A stretch of 39,667 nt of DNA, taken from Thraustochytrium aureum (lineage: Eukaryota). The DNA is taken from contig BLSG01000301.1 in the NCBI GenBank assembly GCA_012862495.1, positions 1 to 39,667 on the forward strand. Direction: 5' to 3'. The notes under the pieces are model-generated. The model worked only from the letters and a program-made list of their open reading frames with translations. It had not been told where the DNA came from and did not search any database. A program made the position numbers and the translations under genes. Positions 1 to 9,256 of this stretch are shown in pieces. Within the stretch, counting starts at the first letter, position 1; each line of letters opens with the position of its first letter.

Positions 1-158
1 GCCTAAGGAGGCAGATGAACTCGTAGTTAGAGACTTTTGGGAAATTTTCGGCCCGAGTTGTGCCTTGCCGCCGGAAGGCGCGCTGAAACGTTGGGTCCCG
101 CGATTGATCTTTTGGCCAGCATTTCCGGAAGAGGTCTAGTGCATAACAAAAAGGCCTC

Positions 159-422
159 TTAGTGCAGCAATTTGGCGAGAATCTGCCAAGTGCCCGAGGA
201 CAGGAGCGCGAAGAACGCGACAGTGGCGACGATCTCCAGCATTTCCTTGCGCTCTGGTATGTGGTTGAGCGACAGGCCCCCCGTCTTGCCGACGTTGTAG
301 TGCAACAGGGCCTCAAAAGTGAAGAAGGTGATGGTTGTGAACATGATGAGGATGACGAACAGCCTGTACTTGCGGGCGCTCTGCTTCTCCAGGATGGCCT
401 GGCCGTTGGTGGCGTGCTTCAT
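159..422 (-). CDS. 87-aa small membrane protein (2 TM), giant-virus-type hypothetical
   Basis: Complete ATG-TAA ORF with GC3-rich codons and two hydrophobic helices (LFVILIMFTTITFFTFEALL; IVATVAFFALLSSG). The motif FxxEALLHYNVGK..G...P..KE...IV..V..F resembles, from recall, small membrane proteins of algal and marine NCLDVs. Confidence 0.7.
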   Translation of the reverse strand: MKHATNGQAILEKQSARKYRLFVILIMFTTITFFTFEALLHYNVGKTGGLSLNHIPERKEMLEIVATVAFFALLSSGTWQILAKLLH

Positions 423-493
423 GGCGCCGGGCCGTTCTTGGACAACAAGAGAAAAATGTGTGGATGACTTTGGCTAGAGTTCGCGCCGCCGGG

Positions 494-604
494 ATGAACG
501 TGACGATCAACTACTTTGACCCGTCCAAGATGAAGCCCGGCGCGGTGGTGCTCATCATCGGCCGGCGCGGGTCCGGCAAGTCCACCGTGGCGGCCAAAAT
601 CCTC
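494..604 (+). CDS. A32-like (FtsK/HerA superfamily) viral DNA-packaging ATPase, N-terminal fragment running into gap
   Basis: MNVTINYFDPSKMKPGAVVLIIGRRGSGKSTVAAKIL has Walker A (GRRGSGKS) at residue 23 after a hydrophobic strand, preceded by xxFDPxxM. This is the typical N-terminal layout of NCLDV/PLV A32 ATPases. Confidence 0.75.
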
Positions 605-1377
605 NNNNNNNNNNNNNNNNNNNNNNNNNNNNNNNNNNNNNNNNNNNNNNNNNNNNNNNNNNNNNNNNNNNNNNNNNNNNNNNNNNNNNNNNNNNNNNNN
701 NNNNNNNNNNNNNNNNNNNNNNNNNNNNNNNNNNNNNNNNNNNNNNNNNNNNNNNNNNNNNNNNNNNNNNNNNNNNNNNNNNNNNNNNNNNNNNNNNNNN
801 NNNNNNNNNNNNNNNNNNNNNNNNNNNNNNNNNNNNNNNNNNNNNNNNNNNNNNNNNNNNNNNNNNNNNNNNNNNNNNNNNNNNNNNNNNNNNNNNNNNN
901 NNNNNNNNNNNNNNNNNNNNNNNNNNNNNNNNNNNNNNNNNNNNNNNNNNNNNNNNNNNNNNNNNNNNNNNNNNNNNNNNNNNNNNNNNNNNNNNNNNNN
1001 NNNNNNNNNNNNNNNNNNNNNNNNNNNNNNNNNNNNNNNNNNNNNNNNNNNNNNNNNNNNNNNNNNNNNNNNNNNNNNNNNNNNNNNNNNNNNNNNNNNN
1101 NNNNNNNNNNNNNNNNNNNNNNNNNNNNNNNNNNNNNNNNNNNNNNNNNNNNNNNNNNNNNNNNNNNNNNNNNNNNNNNNNNNNNNNNNNNNNNNNNNNN
1201 NNNNNNNNNNNNNNNNNNNNNNNNNNNNNNNNNNNNNNNNNNNNNNNNNNNNNNNNNNNNNNNNNNNNNNNNNNNNNNNNNNNNNNNNNNNNNNNNNNNN
1301 NNNNNNNNNNNNNNNNNNNNNNNNNNNNNNNNNNNNNNNNNNNNNNNNNNNNNNNNNNNNNNNNNNNNNNNNNNNNN
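605..1377. other. Assembly gap (773 N) containing the putative virus-host junction
   Basis: N run separating the ATPase fragment from host-type sequence. Confidence 0.9.
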
Positions 1378-1414
1378 GTTTGGGAATCATGGAATTGACA
1401 TGAATTTGGTGCGA

Positions 1415-2914
1415 CTACTGAGCAAACATGAGCGCGAGCGCCGAAGCGAGCATCATCGTGTACAAGGACTGCGTGCTGCCTTGCACCGCCGACGCCGAGC
1501 CGGAGCTGCCGCCGCCGGCCACCTCGGCCAATCGATCGTTGACGAGTTCTCTCCCAGACAGGGCGATGAGCCCGTAGGCGTTGCCCGCGGCCGAGCTCAA
1601 ACCTGGAGCACCCCACACACAACGTGCCGGACCCACGGCCGGGGTGCCTCGGCACGTAGAGCTAGAGTTGTAAATAGCGATCGTGGGAGGGACGCCTGCA
1701 GTCACCATTAGCGAACCGCCCTTCTGGTCGTTGAGGCACCCCGGTTGGAACCAGCGCACGTCCTTGTCTGCGTCACCCAGTGCAGCCCAAACAACAGCGA
1801 GCGCCCGCCCGGGGACCATGACTGGGCAAGGATCTTCGTCAGCGTCTCTGGCGTCAAGAACTGCGACCAGTTCATCAGTGTCAATCGTAGCGATTGCAGT
1901 GCGAATTGACATGCCGTTGTCTGCTTTGCAGCCCAGCTCCGCTATGCGAACATATCCAGTTTGGCCGAGACTTTCGTTTGCCGCGCAGCCCGTGTTTTTG
2001 TATTTTTTCTCGATCCAACCCTTCCTCGCGTCAGTGACGTCCATCAATTCCATCATGACGAACTCGTTTCCGCTTCGGTAACACTGGTTGAATGGGGTCA
2101 CAAGAGCGCCGCTTTTCGGCCCGCTGCAGTCTTCCGACTCCAGATGGTAGGTTTCGACGATGGCAAGCACTGGGTTGCTCATATCGGGGTTCTTGATCGG
2201 AGATGACGTTGGAGACAGTGATGGGGTGGTCAGTCGGTCGGAGAGGATTTCGGAGTACGAAATGGCAACCAAACTGAAAGGTGGCGAGGAGTTGACTGCC
2301 ACGCAGCGCGAAGGGCCACTAGCTGCTTTACCTTTGCATGCCCCACTCGTGTTGAAAATTGTGAATGTGGTGCGAAGGCCTGTTTGCACGAGCATCGAAA
2401 AGGAGGGGCCTGCGTAGTGGCAGCCGGGCTTGAACCAGACTGTGTCAACGTCCTCGCCGCCCAGGGCTGCCAAATCGCCAAGCTCCATGTTGGGGTCAAC
2501 GGATGCGCACAGATCACTGAAACCGTCAAAGTGGAAAGAGGCGACCATGTCGTCAGTGCGAAGGGTGGTGGTGCCGGAGGTAGCAGAGGCATTGTGAACT
2601 CCTTGGCAGCCTTCGTCAACAGTGATAGTTGTATTGCTATCGCCCACCAGCTCGGTGCAACCCGCGTCCTTGAACGACTTCACGATCCAGCCCGCCGAGG
2701 GGTCTTCGATGTCAACCAACTCCGACTTGACAAAATAACTCGGGCCCTTTCGAAAGCACAGGTCGTAAGGATTGAACGTGGTGCCGCCGTCCTCGCCAGT
2801 GCAATCGTCAGCGTGGGGAAAGATGGTGCTGGCGAAAACTGTTGCTATCTCATTGCCGTTCGCGATGCTCGTGCTTGCGAGCACTGCTGCCGCCGCGAGG
2901 ACCAAGCGCACCAT
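1415..2914 (-). CDS. Secreted, probably GPI-anchored surface protein (499 aa) with two tandem ~210-aa 8-Cys domains
   Basis: Signal peptide MVRLVLAAAAVLASTSIANG. Internal duplication (WFKPGC/WFQPGC, GPSRCV/GPARCV, EILSDRL/ELVNDRL) with a TTPSLSPTSSP linker. C-terminal G/S spacer plus hydrophobic tail and no cytosolic part. Confidence 0.8.
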   Translation of the reverse strand: MVRLVLAAAAVLASTSIANGNEIATVFASTIFPHADDCTGEDGGTTFNPYDLCFRKGPSYFVKSELVDIEDPSAGWIVKSFKDAGCTELVGDSNTTITVDEGCQGVHNASATSGTTTLRTDDMVASFHFDGFSDLCASVDPNMELGDLAALGGEDVDTVWFKPGCHYAGPSFSMLVQTGLRTTFTIFNTSGACKGKAASGPSRCVAVNSSPPFSLVAISYSEILSDRLTTPSLSPTSSPIKNPDMSNPVLAIVETYHLESEDCSGPKSGALVTPFNQCYRSGNEFVMMELMDVTDARKGWIEKKYKNTGCAANESLGQTGYVRIAELGCKADNGMSIRTAIATIDTDELVAVLDARDADEDPCPVMVPGRALAVVWAALGDADKDVRWFQPGCLNDQKGGSLMVTAGVPPTIAIYNSSSTCRGTPAVGPARCVWGAPGLSSAAGNAYGLIALSGRELVNDRLAEVAGGGSSGSASAVQGSTQSLYTMMLASALALMFAQ

Positions 2915-3904
2915 TTCACTTGTCTTGGCGGCAAGGGTATGGTTGGTCCGCCGGGGTGTTTCGATTCTACTTTTACTTTTGATTGGGCGTTTGCAGCGCG
3001 CGGGCATCATGCGATTGCCATTGGAGGCACAAGGCGTCAAAAAGCATCGAGCGCGCGAGGGAGGCGAGCCAAAACACGTCAATTGGGAAGAGCGCCCTCC
3101 CCCTTGTGCTGCTTGTTGCGCTGGCGGGTAGTACGTAATTTCTGTTTCCCTCCATCAATAGCTCGAGCTTTTGGGAAGGCCAACTGGTACTTCCTGTGCA
3201 GCGGGTCAAGTCTTGAAGAAAGGGGTTCAAAGGGGTTCAATTGGGTGTGCAACCTCCTCACCACCTAATTTTGCATCTCTACCTCTCAAAAAACAAGAGG
3301 TGGCTGGCTGCTGGCTCGGAGGGCCGGCTTGCCAGTGCACTGATCGATCAGGTTCTCGGCTGCTGGGCGGGGCGGCTCTGCGGCCCGTGGCGTGGCGTGC
3401 CTCCCACCAAAGTGGATCCGACCGACATCCATTTTGCAATTGAGTAGGCGACTTCCATTTCGTGTCCATCCCATCAGAGCAGTTCAAGCCCAAACGCTGA
3501 TTTTTGGCCAGGCAAGCCATACTTTTTGCGCAACTTTCGCCTCAAAGCGCAGTGAAAGGCGAGAGTGAGGTATTTGCAATCAAATGCTGCCCTTTACGAA
3601 AAGGCCGACCCTTATCGTTGCTTGCAGCGCGCGTGCATCATGCTTGCTATTGCCAAGGAGGCTGCTTCGCTCGCATCATGCTCAGCTATACTGTCCTCGT
3701 CGAAGAGCGAAAGTTTTGACCCTTCGATCTCCCCGTACCCGCCTTGCTATTGCCAGTCGGATCCTCTTTGCTGTGTCCTGCAGACAACGCGCGGCTTGGA
3801 GCGGCGTGGAAACCCGGCCCATGCTTACTCACGAGGTCAGATATCGAATGCAAGTTGGCGACCTTTTGAAACCTAAAACTGTGGATCATACTAGTAGAGA
3901 GCTT

Positions 3905-5949
3905 CTACTCTACTCTAGCTCTCTCTAGAGCTAGCTCAGAGACGGCTCGGCGACACTCGAGCTGAAATTCGACGGAGAGCGGGTCGTGCACAAGAATGGC
4001 GCCACGGGAGTCGCCAGCAAGCAAATCCAAGTCGACTGGTACTACCGAATTGTCCTTGGGTGAACAAATGGAAAACCCTTGGCACGTGACCGGGAAATAG
4101 CCAGATTCCGCTCGCCTTCCCTTTGTCGTCATTGTCAGCACAAATTGGTCGAAAATCGCGAGCTGCCACGCGACAGCGACACGCTTCAGACGCAAGTCGC
4201 TGTTGTCAATACCGTCGCGCATCGCCGACTCCAGGTCACCCCCTCCCAAGAGCATCAGGTCATCTTTTCCAGCGGCCGAGCCCAACACACTTTGCCGAAG
4301 CAGGAACGTGGCTTGCACGTCCAGATTGTCAGGATTGTAGTTGATGCCCCAGTTTTGCACATCGAGCACCATCGTCGCGCACAAGTTTTCCTCGCGAAGA
4401 AGCGTCGAGCTCAAGCACTCGAGGGTCGTGCCGAGTCCCCACCAGTCCACCAAGTTGCTGCCGTGCACGCGGTCGTAAGGCCCCGGCGTGAGCTGGGCGC
4501 ACCACTGCGCATTAGTTGCAACAAGCCCCAGCTTGACTTTGACCACCCCCCGGACAGCAGCCAGGGCTTCGCGGACGAGCAAACGCAAGAATGAGCGCAA
4601 GCTGCTCGGGACGTTCGGCCAGAGACCCTTCGACTTGCCGTGCTCGCGAACACGCGAAAAGCCAAAAGCAGCCCACGCCTCGCACGCTACGCAAAGCGCG
4701 TACGATGAGCTTCCATCAAAGTTGTAGTGCAGCACGGTTGGGTTTACNNNNNNNNNNNNNNNNNNNNNNNNNNNNNNNNNNNNNNNNNNNNNNNNNNNNN
4801 NNNNNNNNNNNNNNNNNNNNNNNNNCAAAGTTGTAGTGCAGCACGGTTGGGTTTACTTCGGTGGCGGAATCAGGATCTTCTTGGATAGCCCCAGAGTAAA
4901 CCATCTCGCGGACACTCGGCTGGGCTTCGCTTGGGACTCCGGGGGCAGGTTGTTGAGGGGGAACGTCTCTCGGGTCATCCGGCGGTGTTCTTTTGGCCAG
5001 CGTATCGCGTTGCGCGTGCGCTGCATGTCTTCTCGCGTCATTTCGGTGGAGAAGAACGACTCCAACGCCGACGGTACCAAGAAAACGCCTTTCGGGTCCA
5101 ATTCATCAGGAGGGCAGCGGAGGTCCAACTCGAGACGCTCGTGCTCGTGGTACCGCAACAAAGGGCACTCCAAGACACGGTTGACGAGTTTTTCGGCATC
5201 GGCTAGCTGCGCTGGGGTTAGGCACGTGCTGAGCCACATGTCAATGAAGAGGTCCTCGTTCGCCTGCGTGTGGGCTTGCTCGTTTACCATGTCAGCCAGA
5301 AGAACCACGAGCGGCACAGTGCGAGCGATTATTGAGGGGTTGAGGTCCACAAGGTCAAAGTGCACCTCGCGCAGCCCCGCGGCCGCGTGCTTGGGCCGCA
5401 GCGCCGCAAGCGTTGTCAGCACATGCCGCAGATCGCAAAACCCTGCCAGGAGCAGGGACATTTTGGAGGGCAAGCGCGCCCCATTGGCGCCCTCATTCGC
5501 GTCGAGCCGGAGAAGGTCGCGACCGGGCGAGTTACCCCACGCAATGTGCTTCTTGTCGTCGGACCCAGCTTCCACGCGCGCCTTTCGCTCCAGGGCTTGC
5601 AGCCGGCACATCGTCTTGTGTTGCGGGTAGTCCGCAACTTGGCACTCACGACCGCAATAGTGCGTGATTCGGCACCGCGAGCAGGTGAGCGCTGTTGAGG
5701 GACCTTTCCGCAGCCATCGCAAACAAAGTCCCCGGCGTGGGTCCCCGGTGCGCCGCCCAGCACGGTGCTTGTCCCGTTCGGCTTGGACGAGAGCGCCAGA
5801 GCCTTGCAGAGCCTCTTGTGTTCGGGATAGTGCGCTTTTTGGCACTCGCGTCCGCAGTACGACTCGCAGTGGCACCGCGAGCAGGTACGAAGCTCCTTGT
5901 TTTGGGCTCCGCACATTCCGCAAGCGCCGGGCCTCCCGCGCGCCGCCAT
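3905..5949 (-). CDS. Double MYND zinc-finger plus DUF4470/SAM-like domain protein; two frameshifts (~5705, ~4930) and a false gap
   Basis: CGMC..CSRCHCESYCGRECQKAHYPEHKRLC and CDGC..CSRCRITHYCGRECQVADYPQHKTMC, then WGNSPGRDLL, LLLAGFCDLRHVLTT, LVDLNPSIIART, VNPT and YDRVHGSNLVDWWG. The parts lie in different ORF-track frames. Confidence 0.75.
4717..4856. other. False gap: identical 31-bp sequence on both sides of the Ns
   Basis: caaagttgtagtgcagcacggttgggtttac occurs at 4717-4747 and 4826-4856; merging gives a continuous ...EVNPTVLHYNFDG. Confidence 0.85.
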
Positions 5950-6191
5950 CCTTCCTTCCTTCCTTCCAAGTCTGTCTGTCTGTCTGCCTGTTTGCCGCAA
6001 CGAGGCGGCATGTCGGGCCAAACCATGAAGCCAGAAGACGTTCGCTTCCGTGGAGGATGTCGCCGGTTTCGATGGCCTCGTGCCATCCTACCCCTACCGT
6101 AGCGGAAGAGCAGCGGAAGAGCAGCAGAGAGCAAGCACTGGCAGGTACGGCGCACGCTGCCCGGCCCCTTCCGCGTTCTCCGACCAGAGGC

Positions 6192-6237
6192 GAGTAAGTA
6201 CTCACGTGGTATGTCTACTGATGATGAGTACTTACTC
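6192..6237. repeat. 13-bp perfect inverted repeat with 20-nt spacer
   Basis: gagtaagtactca (6192-6204) and tgagtacttactc (6225-6237), between divergent genes. Confidence 0.85.
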
Positions 6238-6414
6238 ACCGCCGGTAGGTAGCATCTTGCCGGAGCAAGTATGAGCGCGAGCTAAAAATCCGGTGCAGCA
6301 GGGCGAATGTCGGCGTGCGCCAACCCGTTCGTTGCCAGAGATGGGAACCACATTCGACTGCGAGTACAAACCACTGGGAAAACCAGACCCGAAAGGTGAA
6401 AGGTGCTCGACATC

Positions 6415-7656
6415 ATGCACCGCGACGTCCTGTGGCTCGCTGCGGCGGCCCTCGCGGCGGCCGCGCAAGGGCTCTCCGTGACCCTCGAACCCGGGACAGC
6501 AGGGTGCGTCGGTGGAGCAACAGCCACTGGGGCGCCAGACGGCAAGCTGAGCTGGGACTTTGACGGTACACCTGCTCCCCAAGTCTTGTGCTCCGCGACG
6601 GAGGACGTGGCCGCTATCCTCCTCTCCGGGGCGTTTGTTCAGCGGTCAGTGTTCCGCGCTACGGCGCGAACGGGAGCCTCTGCCTTCACCGTGGTGTCCA
6701 ATGGTGCTGGCTTGGTAGAGTCCAGCCTGGCGTCCTCGCTGCGCCACTACCTGGCCGCGGGCGTCGGCAACGAGTGTAGCGTCGCGTTTGCGCTTGGGAC
6801 TTGGTACGACGTGCGGTTGGAGTGCAAGGACGGGTTCAGCTGCGAGCAATTTGTAAATGGCGTGTCGAGGTGCAAGCCCGACATCAGCGAAGCAGCCGCG
6901 GCCGGGCTTTTCAACTTGACGGCTACCCCGCTCACTGTGGGCGGAATCGACACGATCGGGCAGATTCGCCTGGTCCAGTGGGCGAGCCTGGCTGGTACCC
7001 TCGCACCAACGTCTTCGCCGACTGCGTTCAGAGCAACAAACGAGACCTCCCCCCCCTCGACAAGCGATGCTCAAGGTCCTGGCAGCCCTGGAAACGAGCA
7101 ACCACAAGACCAGGCTGCTGGAGAGCAACCAGCCGATGACGGCGCCGTCTCAAAGGTGCCGGTTGGGGCAGTGGCCGTCGGCTTCGTTGTTGTTTTTGTT
7201 CTCGCTTCTGCATCTCTTGTCGCTAGAAAAGTGCGGACGCGGCACAGCGCCAAGATGCAAATGTCAGGGCAACGCCCTGGGAGTGCGCCGAGTGCAGGCA
7301 GCGGCGGCGGCGGCGTGGTCGACATCGAGTCTCTTGGCCCAAACTACGATTTGCCCGGGAGCCGGTTCTCGGAAGGGATCGCGAGCGTTTCTCGTACCAC
7401 TGTCTCGGAGTCCGACTTTATCGGTAGAGGGTCCGTGCGGTCCGTTGGGCTAGAGCACGCGTCGAACGAAGCGCGGCAGTGGGGCTCTGGCCGCTCGCAA
7501 GAGTCGAGCTCGAGTCGGCGGTCCGCCTCGGTCCGCCTCAGCGCTGTGGCTCAGCGGGTTGAGCCTCGTCTCAAATCGATGTGGCTGTTGGCCTTGTCCG
7601 CGACGCGAACGCGTCCAGTGTCAAACGACAGCACTCGGTCGCTCGTCGACTTGTGA
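6415..7656 (+). CDS. Single-pass type I membrane protein, possible LamG/concanavalin-like ectodomain
   Basis: Signal peptide MHRDVLWLAAAALAAAAQG. Beta-rich region with GTWYDVRL..FVNG..PLTVGG..GQIRLVQW, then an APTSSPT stalk, TM helix (GAVAVGFVVVFVLASASLVA) followed by RKVR, and a Ser/Arg-rich tail. Confidence 0.7.
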   Translation: MHRDVLWLAAAALAAAAQGLSVTLEPGTAGCVGGATATGAPDGKLSWDFDGTPAPQVLCSATEDVAAILLSGAFVQRSVFRATARTGASAFTVVSNGAGLVESSLASSLRHYLAAGVGNECSVAFALGTWYDVRLECKDGFSCEQFVNGVSRCKPDISEAAAAGLFNLTATPLTVGGIDTIGQIRLVQWASLAGTLAPTSSPTAFRATNETSPPSTSDAQGPGSPGNEQPQDQAAGEQPADDGAVSKVPVGAVAVGFVVVFVLASASLVARKVRTRHSAKMQMSGQRPGSAPSAGSGGGGVVDIESLGPNYDLPGSRFSEGIASVSRTTVSESDFIGRGSVRSVGLEHASNEARQWGSGRSQESSSSRRSASVRLSAVAQRVEPRLKSMWLLALSATRTRPVSNDSTRSLVDL

Positions 7657-8002
7657 TGGGCATTGAATGGGGGACCTGGGGTTGTTGGTTGGATTGGTTC
7701 TGAAACCTGAACTGATTCTACCGGTGGCCCATCTACTAGTAGATCATGTGAGCCTGAGCCTGCGTCTGCTTGAAGTTTACGGCGAGCCGCGAGCAGGCAG
7801 CGTCGATGCAAAGTTGCGGCAGCTCCATCAGATCGAGACGATGACTTTTCGCAAATCAACTNNNNNNNNNNNNNNNNNNNNNNNNNNNNNNNNNNNNNNN
7901 NNNNNNNNNNNNNNNNNNNNNNNNNNNNNNNNNNNNNNNNNNNNNNNNNNNNNNNNNNNNNNNNNNNNNNNNNAGGCCACCGGCTCCCAGCCGGCTGGCT
8001 CG

Positions 8003-9256
8003 CTATAGAGGCGGGAGGCCATCCAGCTCCGATTCGCTCGGTCCGCCTCGGTGCTTGACGCGGGCTGACGCTTGCTGAGCAGCCGGCGCTGCCTCGTCCT
8101 CAGCGAACGACGAGTCATCGAAAAAGGTCTCACGCAGCTCCAAGCTAGAATCCTGGCTCAAGCCTTTGGGGCTCAGGGCGGGCTCGTTTACAGTTACCGC
8201 GAGGTCAACCGTTCGCTTGCCGCGTGTGTTGTTGCTGCGCCCCCCGCGTGTGGCCGAGGAAAAGTCCGTCGATGTTGATGAGCGCCTCCGAAATGCGAAT
8301 CGACGAAAGAGGATGCGGACGCGCTTCGGCACCCAGATTGTTGTGATCGAGGTCACCATCAACACGTTCACTGTGGTGTCTACCATGACCAGCGGGTAGG
8401 TCCAGGTGTAGTGCACCATGGTCCACGACTCCTCCGAGTCGCTTGCGTAGCCAGCCGTGATCCACACGAGGATGACAAACGTGCTGACCATGGCCACCCC
8501 TGAGGCTTTGAGGTTTTGGCGCACCATTGAGCGCATAAGATGAGCGCCGGAGTCCTTCCCGATGATATCGTCCGCGTTACGCATAATCTCAAGCACGGGG
8601 AGCAGGAAGACCAACAGGTACCCGAGCGAAAGGGTCGTGTCTAGAAGGATGATGAGGATGCTCACAGAGACGTCGACGATGTAAGCGCAAACCGCAGAGT
8701 TGTCCTCGTAGACCTCGGGCATGCGCACCGCCTCGCCGCGGACGAGCACAAAGCAGACCACGAGGAACAGCGGCGTCAGGTACGTGGTCCACTTGAGCGC
8801 AAACAACAGCTTGTCGGTCTGCAGAAACTTCCAGCGCACCGAGGCCGCGGCATTCGTGGCCCGCGCGCGCTCGAGCAGGAAAAGGTAGCAAAATATGTTG
8901 CTGGCCACGTAGGCGCACGTGCCCCACTTTGGTGACGAAAAGCAGGCGCCGCCCCGTTCAGACCAGTCTCGGACGATGTGGGCCCACACGATGAGCTGCA
9001 GCACGAGCGCCCACCACGAGCACCCGAGGATCCACGCCAGGACGCGTACCGAGGGGCTCTGTCGTTTCCAGTGCGCGTGGAGCGTCGAGCCTGTGCAGGC
9101 CACAACAAAGACCAGGTACATCATCGGGAACGGCGCGACTCCCATGTAAAACCTCAAGTACCCCCGCGTGAACGCGACCTCGTCCGCCGTCATGTTCACA
9201 TACGCCGACTCGTGCTCGTCCAGCTCCACAAACCCCATCGCGCCGGTGGCGCCTGC
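8003..9256 (-). CDS. Seven-TM GPCR-like membrane protein (5' end may extend into gap; candidate ATG at 9238)
   Basis: About seven hydrophobic helices; motifs YVASNIFCYLFLLERAR, LDTTLSLGYLLVFLLPV and VRQNLKASGVAMVSTFV; disordered C-tail. Confidence 0.75.
   Translation of the reverse strand, partial: AGATGAMGFVELDEHESAYVNMTADEVAFTRGYLRFYMGVAPFPMMYLVFVVACTGSTLHAHWKRQSPSVRVLAWILGCSWWALVLQLIVWAHIVRDWSERGGACFSSPKWGTCAYVASNIFCYLFLLERARATNAAASVRWKFLQTDKLLFALKWTTYLTPLFLVVCFVLVRGEAVRMPEVYEDNSAVCAYIVDVSVSILIILLDTTLSLGYLLVFLLPVLEIMRNADDIIGKDSGAHLMRSMVRQNLKASGVAMVSTFVILVWITAGYASDSEESWTMVHYTWTYPLVMVDTTVNVLMVTSITTIWVPKRVRILFRRFAFRRRSSTSTDFSSATRGGRSNNTRGKRTVDLAVTVNEPALSPKGLSQDSSLELRETFFDDSSFAEDEAAPAAQQASARVKHRGGPSESELDGLPPL

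Larger units (their letters stand above)
1..604. mobile_element. Putative endogenous viral segment (Nucleocytoviricota or Polinton-like virus), right end hidden in gap 605-1377
   Basis: Two intronless divergent ORFs 71 bp apart. One is an A32-like packaging ATPase N-terminus, the other a small membrane protein resembling giant-virus hypotheticals. This compact layout contrasts with the mostly several-hundred-bp to kb spacing of the host genes. Confidence 0.65.

Noticed and set aside
458..1711. 417-aa ORF joining the ATPase to sequence beyond the gap
   Set aside because: Read-through of Ns; the post-gap part is the antisense of the 1415-2914 gene.
3890..3942. Hairpin/terminator-like ctag/ctct-rich patch
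   Set aside because: Low-complexity imperfect palindrome at a gene 3' end; bacterial-style terminators are not expected here.
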